The notes under the pieces were generated by a model. The model searched no databases and had not been told where the DNA came from. It saw only the letters and a list, made by a program, of their open reading frames with translations. Below are positions 10,931 through 22,356 of a stretch of 64,000 nucleotides of DNA, piece after piece. The stretch lies in IMG/VR virus record IMGVR_UViG_3300012983_000033, positions 32,001 through 96,000 of that record; one strand, given 5' to 3'. The DNA is from a virus (taxonomy: Duplodnaviria > Caudoviricetes). A program made the position numbers and the translations under genes. Position 1 is the stretch's first letter. Each line of letters starts with the position of its first letter.

Positions 10931-12736
10931 TTAAAACCCTCCCGAGAAAAAAGTTAATCGTCTGGTGGCGCCATTTGCGAAACGACGAGCTTTCTTTGTA
11001 TTGGCTTCTTCAAGTTCTTTAATTCGCCATAATCCATAAGAGAAAGCAGAATACTTATCCTTAGGGAAGCGCGCATTAATTTGCTCAAGAGTAATATCTG
11101 AAGAAGAGGTTGTTTTCTTCAAACGAAGATTAGCCATTTCCTCAAAAAGTTTTGTTGTCATTTCGTGTGGCATTAAGCGTTTTATTCTTTGCTCTGATGA
11201 CATTCTTTGACCTTTCTTTGTAGAAAGAAGCATAGTTTTAGCTTCCTATTCTTTTACTAAGAATCTAACCAATCCACTGTTGAGTCGAGAGAATGCGTTA
11301 CCATGAATTTTAGAGTTGAGAGCAGAGTTAGCTTTAATTCCATAAAGAATACGAATACTATCTTTTGGCTATACTTTTTTATAAACATCATCATTGGTAA
11401 AACCATACGCGGGAAGAATTTCTCCGTTTTCATCAGTATGTACGCGAATCATTTCATCTGCAAGTCCAACACCAAGACCGTTAGTATCTATAACAACTTC
11501 TCTTGGATTGAACGAGCGGATAATTTTCTTTAACTCAATTGCTTGTTGCAAGAAAGTTTTATGAGCCGAGTCTCTACCGAGCACGTATAAATTAACCAAA
11601 GTGCAATAATATTTGCCACTGAGAACGTTGATACGGAACACGCAGCAAACAGTTTGGTCATGTATTCGTCCAACGTCTACTGATAATAAGTAGAATTGTT
11701 CAGAACCTGCTCTACTAATTGCGTGCGTTTCTGGATTTTTAATTTTTCGATGCTTTTGCATCTTATCAAAATTAAACCAAGCCTCATCGCTCGCGCCAGA
11801 CCATAAACTCATATACTCGCGCGCAAAAGAGTCTTCATTAAACGATGGAGACATTTTTAGTTTATTGATGAAGTTTTTATCAAGAAGTCCATGTAAGATT
11901 GGAACTCGATAGTCACAACCAAAACAAAATGAGTTTTTAGGATCGATAATTGAGTTTTCAAAAACGTCAATTAATTTCTCATATGCAAACGAAGTCTTAA
12001 CGCCCGCAGATGTCATACATATTTGTTGTTGGTTTGGTTCTTTTTCATTAACTGTATTATCTGGGAGACGACGTGAAACGTTCATCAGAGGAAGCACAAC
12101 TTCGTTCAGTGGTTTTTCTTCGTGGTCACGAATCTCGTCTATTAGTCCACCGTGTCTACGTCCACCACGTTGTGAGTCGAGCGCACCAACAACGTCAAAT
12201 ATACTACCATTTCTAAATTTAAGGGTAACATAGTCTTTACCAAAATTACCCGGCATATCCATAATATCTCCACCAAGCACTTCTTTTCTAAGAAGAGGCC
12301 AGTGATTATAAATTTCCGCAATCTTTTCTTTTGCGATTTGAGCTGACTGGTTTTTATTCGGGGCGCAAATAAAGCGCTTGGTGCCCGGCATAAATACACA
12401 CTGGAGCATCATCGCAAGAATTGTTAAGAATGATTTTGAGAACGCACGGGGCGCAGTACCATAAACTTCGCGGTAGCGCATAATCGCACGTAAAGTAATT
12501 CTCTGATAAAAGAATAACGAAAAGTCATCATCTGACGGCTTAATTAAATCCAAAAAGATGTCAGGATAGGCAGAGAAAATTGAGAACATCTCGCATAAAT
12601 GATCGTAATTCTTAATAAGATAATCTTCTGTAAGAGCAACACCTTTCTCAATTTCTGTGCCGTCGCGCATACCTACAAGTATATTGTTCGTAATATCTGT
12701 AATAATGGATAAATCAATGAGCTTTTTCTTAGCCAT
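10931..12736 (-). CDS. terL: Terminase large subunit (TAG-recoded)
   Basis: Walker A-like APRAFSKS, RGGRRHGGLIDE (Walker B), nuclease motifs LSVDVGR, VIDTNGLG and KDKYSA. Two ORF fragments join at TAG 11369 and 11246. Confidence 0.92.
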
Positions 12737-13724
12737 TATTATCACCGTCCAAGTCAAGCTCAAACTCTTCACCCATCATTAACTTTTCAAAACCTTCGTG
12801 TTCATATAAATCAATATTTTCATCATAATCAATTCCAACACCATAAATATTTTCAGTGGCGTCAACGTGTTTTAAAGCTTCAATACGTCTTGTGATTTCA
12901 TCACCAATACCACTTTCATTTGTATATAAGCGCTGAACAAAATTCTAATAATTTTTAAGTGTCTCATCAACGACATCTCTTGTGACGTTATCATAGAATT
13001 TGTTATGCCAACCTCTTTTTTCGCACCATTTAATAACTTCACCGAAGCTATCAAAGTCATTAATATTCTTAACATTCTTTGGAGTAAACTCTGCTATCTT
13101 AACGAGTTTATCATACGAAGTCAAAAGCTTATCGTAATCAGAACCTTCTCGAATTCTACTATCAATCTCAAGCGAGATCTTACATATCTTCAAAGCTTGG
13201 TCAGTCTGAAGCGCGCCATTAATATTCTGGGTAGTAGTAAGACCGTTAAAAAGATTCTCAAGATATATCATATCTTCATTATCATATCCCGGTCCCCATT
13301 TCTATACCATCTTACGCTTTCTGTCTTCATCAAGCAAAGGAAGTTCTGCTTCAATCATATCACTATCTTCAAGAGCTTTAAACTCTTTATAATAGTCCGC
13401 CCATCCAAGACCTTCAAAATCTTCACTTAAGAAAACACGCGCATATGCTGGAAAAGCACCCTGCGCATTCATTTCTTTTATTCTTGTCCATTCTTTTGGC
13501 ACAAAAGGAATATCGGCATACTAACAAAGTTTATCGACCGCATCCCACTCATTATCATAATTATCAATAAATTCCTAAATACAGTCATTACACCACGGCA
13601 AATATCCGTTATAAAAAGGAGAGGTAGTGGGACTAAAGTTTTCCTCTCCAAACCGGCCGCCGCACTTTGTACATTGCTTTGTGACAAAGGTTTGATTAGT
13701 TTTTATTTTTGGCTAAAGTCCCAT
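12729..13724 (-). CDS. Zn-finger protein upstream of terL, possible terminase small subunit (TAG-recoded)
   Basis: MGL-Q-PKIK...CTKC...WCNDC; TAG at 13713, 13575, 13521, 13302, 12945; TAA at 12729 overlaps the terL start. Confidence 0.65.
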
Positions 13725-13728
13725 TTAA

Positions 13729-13971
13729 TCACTTCCCTTTAACAGTTTTCTTCATAACATCAAGTATATCTACTCTAACTGCTGGTTTAAGTTGAATAAA
13801 TTTGTCATACATCTCTGAGAAAACTTCTTCAAAATCTCTGGTTTTTTCAATATCATTATCTTCCGTAAAAGGAACACAAAGCATTTGAGCAATACCAATA
13901 AACTCAATTAATGTCATTTTAGATAAATATTTAACAAAGCGTTTTATTTCTTTATGTGTAGCTTGTTCCAT
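13729..13971 (-). CDS. Hypothetical protein
   Basis: 80 aa ORF with GGAGG RBS. Confidence 0.7.
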   Translation of the reverse strand: MEQATHKEIKRFVKYLSKMTLIEFIGIAQMLCVPFTEDNDIEKTRDFEEVFSEMYDKFIQLKPAVRVDILDVMKKTVKGK

Positions 13972-13986
13972 TTTAAAAATCCTCCT

Positions 13987-15333
13987 TTAAGATTTCTTGC
14001 GCTCACGGTCTGCTTTATCACAACATTTGCAACGATTAGTAAAACCGTCTTTTGCGCGACTTTTTCTAACAAAATTATAAGGGTCTCTTAAGAGGAGACG
14101 GCGGCAAGTATTACATTCCTTAAACTCCTCTGGGAAAAATAAATTCTCACAAACTCTTAAATGATATTTCGCTGCTTCAACTATAGCGGGAATAATTTTC
14201 TGGCGGAATATAGTTGAAATATAATTAACAGTATATGATTTGCCATACTTAGAGTTTATGGCGGCCGCAATCTACTAATTTTGATTACCCTTAATCTTAA
14301 AGTCAAGAATTTCTCTTTGGACTTCATTAAGTTCGGCAATCTCAACATAATACCATAGTGTGCTAAGGAAATTAGCAGTAGATCTATTTAGCGTTTCACG
14401 GTCGGCCGCATCTTCTAAGTCAGAAATCTATAAGAAAGCATTATAGATATGCTCTACCTCAAAAAAGTCAAAATAGTTAGATTCTGGGCGTTCTCTATGC
14501 GACCAAATTAGTCTAGAGAGTTGTTCAAGCTCTTTCTCGGAAAAATTCTTTGGTACAACCTCTGTAAGGGGCTTAAATAGTTTTTCTGAAACGAACCCCG
14601 GGGTTTTTATGCCTAAGGGAAAAACGGGAATATCTGCATCGAGAACTGGCTCAAAGTCTTTTGGATTTTGAGGGAAGCGACCTTGGCTGGAGTCGCGCAT
14701 TAGTAGGTTAGAGTATGAATCTTTGAATTGATATTGCTGTTGGCGCAATTCTACGAGAAGATGGCGCAATTTGAGATAGTGGTATTGTGATAGTTTTTCG
14801 GCTTTTGCTTTTAGAAGAAATTGATCTTCTTCTGTAAAACGTTGGAGAAGTTCTTCTCGTGGAGGATTTTTACGTTTATTGTGCGCGAGGTCATAAAAAT
14901 TGATGATGAGGTCGGTTTCGTCGATTTGACGGAAGAGAGCTTCGAGTTCGGGTAGAAGTGAAACGTCGATTTGCGCGCGGGCCTCATCTCGAGAGAAAAC
15001 GGTACGGGGAATTTTTGTACGAACTTCGCCCGGCCGCATAATTGTGTTTTCATCGAAGGTAGGGGATTCAATTAGTGCGTCGAGAGATTCGACATTTTCA
15101 GAGTTTGACCATAGTTTCGATTTAGTATCTATCTCAAACTCTTTTCGTTGTACGGCGTTTTTGCCGTCGTCTCTATTTTTACCCCATAGTATATAGTTTG
15201 ATATAGTTTCTAATTCTTCTTTAGAGGGAGGGGTAGTAACGAATTGTTGTTGTGTTAGGTAGTTATTGACGAAGTCTGCGCGCTCGTCAATAAATTCGAG
15301 GGAAAAATCAAGTTTTAGTCTATTATAAGCCAT
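13987..15333 (-). CDS. Sigma-factor-like/HTH regulator with C-terminal Zn finger (TAG-recoded)
   Basis: Reads through TAG 14428, 14275 and 14272. LNEVQREILDFKIKGNQN-QQ-IAAAINSKYGKSYTVNYIS resembles a sigma region-4 HTH; C-terminal CNTC...CKCC. Confidence 0.6.
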
Positions 15334-15353
15334 ATTAGTAGGCCTCCATATTA

Positions 15354-15382
15354 TAAGTAGAGTAGTAAGAAGAGAAGTAAAC
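15354..15382 (-). promoter_or_regulatory. Putative phage-specific (late) promoter, GTTTA-N18-TACTTA
   Basis: The same TACTTA element with an 18-nt spacer recurs at 51710, 55969 and 60714. Confidence 0.45.
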
Positions 15383-15458
15383 AAAGGGTTAGTAAAAAGT
15401 TTTAGATGTGGATTAAGGTCTTTACTTACCTGTTTACTTTTTCGTTCTTCCTATTAAA

Positions 15459-15487
15459 AGTATACTAAAATTTTAGTAGTGTGTCAA
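15459..15487 (-). promoter_or_regulatory. Sigma-A promoter for the regulator/morphogenesis operon
   Basis: TTGACA-17-TATACT on the minus strand. Confidence 0.7.
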
Positions 15488-15893
15488 ATTTTTTTATCGG
15501 AAATTAACGGGGAGGGAATAGTTGGCGGGTCCCATTTTGAAAAATTCATTTCGTGGGGAATTGTTTTCAGGGGATTACGATTTAAAACAGAACATTTATT
15601 CAGTTTTCTAAATTACTCCCCCGTACATTTGTTCGGTAAATGTCAATAATAATAAAATTTTCTGAAATCGGTTGCAGTCGCAAAATATTGCGAAATTTGC
15701 CCATTAAATTAATTTTCTATTTCAAGCGGTTAAATTATACCATAAAAACAAAAATGCGTTTATGGGCGTATTTTCGCAACATTTCGGAAATAAAAAAATT
15801 TTTAAAAAAATCAAAAAAATTTTAAAAAAAGTATTGACAATATAATTTTATTGTGATATACTTGTATCAAGATAAAGAAAGGCGGTCATCAAT

Positions 15894-16298
15894 ATGACAT
15901 CAACACAATTCAAAGCAATTCAGACAACAGAAAACTATAACAACGGACAAAAGGCAGAGCAGATCGCCCGCTTTAATATGACGGGTGAATTTTGCAAGGC
16001 AGACAACAAAAAAGCAACAGAGTGCGGCGACTGTATGGGCTATCAAATCAAATCTGCAAGAGCCACAATCTGCAAGGGTACAGACATCGCAGCCCACATC
16101 GAAAGCGACGCAGCAATCGGTTACATCTACATCACAAAAGAGCTTGTAGCCTACACAATGAGCAAAGCCGAATATCTTGAGTTTGCAACACTGTTCGCAA
16201 CGCTCACAAGAGAGAGCACCAAGAACGGCGGAGCCGAAAAGATGAGATTCAAAAGCGAAAGTAAGACACTTCTTGAGTGGCTCAGAGCAAGAGCCTGA
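15894..16298 (+). CDS. Hypothetical protein, PD-(D/E)xK-like (GD...YQIK)
   Basis: Promoter and RBS; motif NG..AE...GDCMGYQIKS. Confidence 0.65.
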   Translation: MTSTQFKAIQTTENYNNGQKAEQIARFNMTGEFCKADNKKATECGDCMGYQIKSARATICKGTDIAAHIESDAAIGYIYITKELVAYTMSKAEYLEFATLFATLTRESTKNGGAEKMRFKSESKTLLEWLRARA

Positions 16299-16350
16299 GC
16301 CACTCCCACAAACCACAACAACAATAACAATACAAAAGGAGATAATTAAA

Positions 16351-16533
16351 ATGGATAAATTTGAAAAGGTAATGTTCACAATCACAGCAGTAATAATCGC
16401 AGGTATAATTGCTTTAGCAATATGGGCTTGCGTAGAGTGTGCAGGCACTGATGTAGATACAACACTCACAAACACAAACACAATCATCACAAGTACAAAT
16501 GCGATAATCAATACGGTTAGAACAGTGTTCTAA
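16351..16533 (+). CDS. Small membrane protein
   Basis: AGGAG RBS and one hydrophobic helix. Confidence 0.6.
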   Translation: MDKFEKVMFTITAVIIAGIIALAIWACVECAGTDVDTTLTNTNTIITSTNAIINTVRTVF

Positions 16534-16797
16534 CCGTAAACCTTTATTATTAAAACGAACATTTGTTCACTCATATAAACGAACATTTGTTCACTTCATC
16601 TTGCCCGGGCGACCCGCTTTAGCGAGTTAAAGCGTTAAAGCATAAGGAAGCCCCGCTTTCACGCTTTAAAGCGTTAAAGTGTCAAGTACCACAATGAGCA
16701 AAGTCCCATTAGTTGGACTATGTATATATGATGTATTGTATATTAGGTGTAAGTATGTTATACTATGTATGTAATCAAGAGAGATTGAAAGGAAGTA

Positions 16798-17256
16798 ATG
16801 ATAATGACAAAAGCAATATACTTTGATATGGATGGCACAATCGCAGACTTATATGCAGTTAATGATTGGTTGCCTATGTTAAGAGCCTATGACCCTAAAC
16901 CCTATGCACAGGCAAAACCACTTGTAAATATGCAAGTGTTAGCAAGGTTGTTAAACAGATTGAAAGCAAATGGTTATCACATTGGTATTATCAGTTGGTT
17001 ATCAAAAGAGAGTACAACAGAGTATGACAATGCAGTAACAAAAGCAAAGATTGAATGGCTTAACAAACATCTTAAAAGCGTTGAATGGGATGAAGTCAAC
17101 ATAGTTGCTTATGGTACACCAAAACAGAACATCGTCACTTATAACAATGGTATCTTGTTTGATGATGAACTTAATAATCGAGTTAATTGGGTAGGTACTG
17201 CATACGATGTTGATAACATCATTGAAGTATTAAAAGGGGTATTACATACAATGTAA
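16798..17256 (+). CDS. HAD-family phosphatase (5'(3')-deoxyribonucleotidase-like)
   Basis: YFDMDGTIAD motif I and LFDD motif IV. Confidence 0.8.
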   Translation: MIMTKAIYFDMDGTIADLYAVNDWLPMLRAYDPKPYAQAKPLVNMQVLARLLNRLKANGYHIGIISWLSKESTTEYDNAVTKAKIEWLNKHLKSVEWDEVNIVAYGTPKQNIVTYNNGILFDDELNNRVNWVGTAYDVDNIIEVLKGVLHTM

Positions 17257-17378
17257 TATCCCTATTGCCCTACAAGGGCGGGCGGTGATGAAACACGCGG
17301 GTCAGTTGTAATTATAATGATAAAAAGACTTGACAAAAAGATATATATATGATATAATATATATGTAATAAGAAAGGG

Positions 17379-17585
17379 GTGTTATATATGACAGAACTTG
17401 AAAAAATGATTGATGTACTTGAAAAAAGTGGATATAGAAGAAACAATGGCTATTTTGTGCAATATGGTATTGAAAGAGATACTCTCACAATTTATAAGGA
17501 AGTTAGGGTAGATTGGTATTCTACTGAAACAATTGAAACAAATTTTGAGTATAACAAAATGGGTGAATTAGTTGAAATTTGGTAA
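17379..17585 (+). CDS. Hypothetical protein
   Basis: Promoter at 17330 and RBS. Confidence 0.65.
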   Translation: MLYMTELEKMIDVLEKSGYRRNNGYFVQYGIERDTLTIYKEVRVDWYSTETIETNFEYNKMGELVEIW

Positions 17586-18624
17586 AGGGTGAAAAATATG
17601 GAAAAATATCAGAAAATCAATAATCAAATTCATAAAGTAAATTATAAAATTTTTAAAAAGGCAAATGAAATCTATTACGGAAATTTTCCGAAATTTTTCA
17701 AAAATTTTCTTTTAAAGAAATATTGCAAAAAGATGAAAATTTCTGTTGATGATTTTATGATGTGGGAAAAATTTTGTTGAATTTTTCCCAAAAATCTGCC
17801 CGCTTTAGCACTTTAAAGCGTTAAAGTGCTCGGGCAGAAAATACCGAACATTTGTTCGGTTGCGTTAAAAAATTTTTTTACATTTTTTCTAAAAAAAGTA
17901 TTGACAAAATAAAATTTATGTGTTATAATAATATCAAGATAAAGATAAAAAAGGAGATAAAAAATTATGAAAAAAATTCTTAAAGTGATAATTCTTCTTG
18001 TGGCAATTGTTGGAACTTTTTGGTACACTATGGATAATTTGCACATTACAGTAAACACAGAAGAAAAGGGTGCAATGGTGGAATGTTTTGGTCAAGTGTG
18101 GTATCACGAAGTAGAAATAATTTAAAAAATTTCTACAAAAGGTATTGACAAGTCGGACAATATATGATATAATAATTACAGAAAGAAACGAAAGGAAGAT
18201 AAAAATGTTTACAGTAGAAGTTAGAAAAGATTGGCACTCAGATTGGGAACTTTGGGGAACTTATTCAACACGAAATGAAGCAAACGAAATGGCAATAATT
18301 GCTCTTGAAGAAAATGTTGATGTTTTCGTTGAAGAAATTAAATAAAAAATTTCTTCAACTTTTTTCCAAAAAACTATTGACAAATGCCCGCTTTTATGAT
18401 ATAATAGTATCAAGATAAAGGAAAGGAAATGATAAATATGACACTTACAAGAAACGAAAAACACTATCTCACAGAAATGCAGATTGATTGGGTTGAAAGA
18501 TTTGGAAGAACTCCCACAAAAGAAGAAATGGAAAATGCAATAAAAAATTTAAGAAAAAGGGGTTGACAAACAACTCTTTTTATGGTATAATAATTACAGA
18601 AAGAAACGAAAGGGGTCAATTAAA

Positions 18625-18807
18625 ATGACAGAAAAAAGACAGAAATTACTTGATAGAATAATCCGTATTTATGGTTACGAACACGAAATCACAATTGATT
18701 TTGCAAAGATGTGTGAAAACTATCCTAACGGAGAAAATTGTGAAAAGGCACTTGAAACACTCGTAAAAATCCACGAAAGTAGACCTTACACAGAAGACGA
18801 TGAATAA
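18625..18807 (+). CDS. Hypothetical protein
   Basis: Own promoter and RBS. Confidence 0.65.
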   Translation: MTEKRQKLLDRIIRIYGYEHEITIDFAKMCENYPNGENCEKALETLVKIHESRPYTEDDE

Positions 18808-19071
18808 TCGTCTTTTATTTTTACGAACAAACCGAACATTTGTTCGGTCTGCCCGGGCGAGCACTTTAGCGGTTTAAAGTGCTAAAGTTTAAATGCGGTC
18901 GCTCTTCCACAATACCATTATATCACAATATAGTCAAATAGTCAATAGTCAAAATGCACAAATATTTTTTCTTTTATTTGTGCAACTTTTTTTGAAAAAA
19001 AGGGTTGACAAGTCCGTCAATATATGGTATACTATATATGTAATCAAGAGAAACGAAAGGACTTGAAGAAA

Positions 19072-19554
19072 ATGACAAAAGACTTCGCAAAGGCAAATCT
19101 CATCAACAGATATACAAAGGGTGCATACACAGACAACTATATTTTCGGCTTTGTTCGTGACGGTTTTGTGTGGGCTTGTATGGTAGAAAATGCAGACAAT
19201 ATCATCAGTGAAGTCAGTTTTGCAGAAAAGCGTTCAAAAAATGGTTGGGTACTTCGTTACAGACCAACAAAGACAATGCAAGACATCATCATAGCAAATG
19301 CAAAAGAAATCAAAGTTTTATATTCAACTTCTGTAATGGAAAGCGAAAAAGAAAATCACAAGAAAAATCGTGGTTATATGTTTGAAGATATCTGCACAGA
19401 AGTTTGGAAAGGCACACAGACAGAAGAAAATCTTGACTTCACAAAAGGTGGTGACATCATAATAAATGGTGTACACTATCAAGCAAAATTCGGTTGTTCA
19501 AAAGGTGCGGCGACTTTCTCAAGTGAAAAAACATTGTTAAATCTTGGCTTATAA
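19072..19554 (+). CDS. Hypothetical protein, PD-(D/E)xK-like (GGD...YQAK)
   Basis: Promoter at 19004; motif NRG..FE...GGDIII...YQAKF. Confidence 0.65.
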   Translation: MTKDFAKANLINRYTKGAYTDNYIFGFVRDGFVWACMVENADNIISEVSFAEKRSKNGWVLRYRPTKTMQDIIIANAKEIKVLYSTSVMESEKENHKKNRGYMFEDICTEVWKGTQTEENLDFTKGGDIIINGVHYQAKFGCSKGAATFSSEKTLLNLGL

Positions 19555-20009
19555 GTCAAGATTTAACGGAAAGGATTCGATATGTATAATACTGAAATGT
19601 ATATGAATATATATAAGAAATTCGGAAAGGATTCCGAACAATTGAAGCGATTCAAAAAGTACCTTGCCATTTATATGAATAAACCCCACGTAATGGAACG
19701 CATTTATAAAGCCATTATGAAAGAAACTTCATCGCTTTAATGCGGTAAAGTGTGCCCGGGTGCAACCGAACATTTGTTCGATGCCCGGGCGGATGAAACG
19801 CCAGGCACCGTTGTAGAATTGAAAAAAGTTTTTAAAAAGGGTTGACATTTTTATCATTATGTGGTATAATAATAATGTCAAGAGGAGATGGAAACAGTCT
19901 CCAAGCAGTAATGGGTTGAGCCTCTGCGGTGAGTAGTCAGACGAAAATCTTTAAAAAAAATTCAAAAAACCTCTTGACAAATAGCACGAGATGTGCTATA
20001 ATATAAATG

Positions 20010-20185
20010 TAAGGAAGAGAGTTGGCAGACCGAAGAGGTTGCCCACGAGAGCAAGTAAGACCAACTCGCCAAAGACTTCCTACCGCAAGGTATGTAGGTT
20101 TGCGGTATAGAAATGTGAACCAGTGCCCAAAGGCTGAAATAATTTGGGATGATGCCTACTATAAAGCCACTAACTGCCTTTCTTT
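20010..20185 (+). ncRNA. Putative structured small RNA
   Basis: Promoter at 19974 with no credible RBS/ORF; nested stems AGGAAG/CTTCCT, GAGTTGG/CCAACTC, TACCGCAA/TTGCGGTA, CCCAAA/TTTGGG. Confidence 0.55.
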
Positions 20186-21060
20186 AATATTCATTTTTTA
20201 TTTCCTTTTGAGAACGAGCTTGAGCTATACGCTCAGGCTCGCGCTCGTCTGCGCCCGGGCGGCCGCAGCATTGTGCACAAAAATTTCGCATAAGTTTGTG
20301 CATTTTGCATATTGACTTTTATATTATTATTTGATATACTATATATAGAAAGCGAGGGGTCAAAATGGAATGGTTTGAAAAACTTTTCTTTACACTCATA
20401 TTCATTAACTCAATTATGTGCTTGTGTGGTTTAGGATATGCGATTTTTTTATTTTGTGTAAATTATTTTTAAAAAAGACTTGACAAACTTTTAAAAGTAT
20501 GATATAATATATATGTAATAAAGATAAACGAGGTAACGAAAATGCTTGAAAAAAATAAAGAAAAAGAAAAAAGAAGAAATCGTGATACTTGGGTTGGTTA
20601 CTTCCCACGAGTAACAAAAGACAAAAAGAAATATTCACGAAAAGAAAAACATAAAGGAAAGGAAAATTACTGATATGGAATTTATGAAAATCGCAACTGC
20701 AATTATCGTTGGTATTTATATTTTACTTGATTGGCTTTTCACTATATCAAAAAACTTTGAAGATTTTTCACGAAAAGATTATCTCAAATGTTTTATTGAG
20801 CCTTTTTGTTTAATAGGCATAGTTTTAATTGCTATGGAATTATGGGGGTAATAAAATGAAAAATGAAATTATACAAAGATTTGCAGATAATGGATATAAT
20901 CCCATTCACTTGTTTGGTAATTGGTATTTAATCAGACATAAAAGCAAAAACTATTGTAAAATAAGTTATTATAAATTAAGAAAATTTTAAAAAAACTCTT
21001 GACAAAATATCAAAACTATGATATAATAAATACATAAAAAAAAGAAAGGAATTGATATTT

Positions 21061-21327
21061 ATGTCACTCGTTGTTAACTCAAAAGACACAATAGAAAACA
21101 AAACACATCTTTTCGGAGATTATATGGCTTTCCTCGATGATGATGGCGATTTTTGGCTTATTGATGAAGAAGATGAGTATGTTACTCGCTTAACTGACAG
21201 GGGTTGTATTTGTCAAAACACTTCTGAATATGACACTATCGAAGATTTTTTACGCGTAAGTTTTGGTTGTAAACTTGTAAAAGTTTTCAACAAAGTTGAA
21301 GATTTTAAAATCGTTATTGAATGTTAA
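21061..21327 (+). CDS. Small acidic protein
   Basis: Promoter at 20999, RBS, followed by a TGTAAAGG/CCTTTACA hairpin. Confidence 0.7.
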   Translation: MSLVVNSKDTIENKTHLFGDYMAFLDDDGDFWLIDEEDEYVTRLTDRGCICQNTSEYDTIEDFLRVSFGCKLVKVFNKVEDFKIVIEC

Positions 21328-21488
21328 AACTGTAAAGGCGAAAGCCTTTACAGCGCCCGGGCGTTTTCGTCAATGTATACAAAAATTTATTCATATTGTG
21401 GAAAATTTTTTACTTGACAAAACTAATATTATATAGTATAATATATATGTAATCAAGAGAAAATATGAAATTCAAAGGAGAAAAAATT

Positions 21489-21914
21489 ATGAAAAAAATC
21501 GAAATCTTTATCAATGGTCATCTTTATCAGGGAAATTATGATATTCTTAAAGACGCACTTGACAAACTTGAAAAATATCGCAAGACTTCTTTTCTTTCAA
21601 AACCTTTTATTGCTTCAGAAGTTGAAGTTAATGGTTCAACTTTGGGAAGTCTTTGCAGAATGGGACTTATCACAAAAGTTGGTGAAAGAAAAGTATGGTG
21701 TCAGATAAACGAAGATACTATGAAATTGCAGTCAGTCAATGAATATCTTATAGTCAGAGATATTGACTATTTTAAAACAGAAGTTAATAAATGGGTTGCT
21801 CGTCACTATACAGATAGAATTGCTTGTCTTAAACATAACATCAGGATAGCAAACGAAGAAATGCAGAAAGTTCTTCTTGAAATAGCAGAAATGGGAATAG
21901 AAATGGGGATCTAA
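21489..21914 (+). CDS. Hypothetical protein (possible winged helix)
   Basis: Promoter at 21414, GGAG RBS; STLGSLCRMGLITKV. Confidence 0.65.
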   Translation: MKKIEIFINGHLYQGNYDILKDALDKLEKYRKTSFLSKPFIASEVEVNGSTLGSLCRMGLITKVGERKVWCQINEDTMKLQSVNEYLIVRDIDYFKTEVNKWVARHYTDRIACLKHNIRIANEEMQKVLLEIAEMGIEMGI

Positions 21915-22054
21915 TCCCCATTTTTTCTTATATAGAAACGAACATTTGTTCGCGCCCGGGCCGCGGCAATTTGCACAAAAGTTTTTTGAAATTGGGGAAA
22001 ATTTTCGTCATTTTGACGATTGACTTTTCATTAAAATTTTGATATAATAATATT

Positions 22055-22120
22055 GTTCTTGAGAGGGGAATGAGTTCCTAAAAGGTGAGCAGTAAGCAAG
22101 CCTTTGTTCTCTCAAGAAAA
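22055..22120 (+). ncRNA. Putative small RNA (multi-stem hairpin)
   Basis: Promoter at 22020 with no ORF; TTCTTGAGAG/CTCTCAAGAA closing stem enclosing two short stems. Confidence 0.45.
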
Positions 22121-22356
22121 AAATAAAAAAACTTTAAAAAAAACTCTTGACAAAAATAAAAATCTATGATATAATATATATGTAGTTGAGAGAGAAAGAG
22201 AAAAAATCAAACGAAAAAAAAATTAAAAAAAAGTTTGAAAAAACTCTTGACAAATAACACAAAATGTGTTATAATATATATGTAATCAAGAGAGAACACT
22301 CTCTATGAAATAAAAATAGGGTGATGACCAACATCAACGATAGAAAGGAAAAAATT

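Noticed and set aside
1-15333. Fragmented structural genes as pseudogenes of a decayed prophage
   Set aside because: Every break is an in-frame TAG with no frameshifts or TAA/TGA, and a CUA tRNA is present
15900-16511. 203-aa minus-strand ORF and similar antisense ORFs throughout the track
   Set aside because: Shadow frames opposite genes that have promoters and RBSs; no RBS or motifs of their own
17805-17832. CIRCE (HrcA) element
   Set aside because: The TTAGCAC half-site resembles CIRCE, but the spacing and second arm do not fit TTAGCACTC-N9-GAGTGCTAA; it fits the CTTTA-N6-TAAAG family better
20022-20315. 97-aa plus-strand ORF
   Set aside because: TTG start without a good RBS; it runs across a hairpin and a GCCCGGGC spacer; an RNA structure explains the region better
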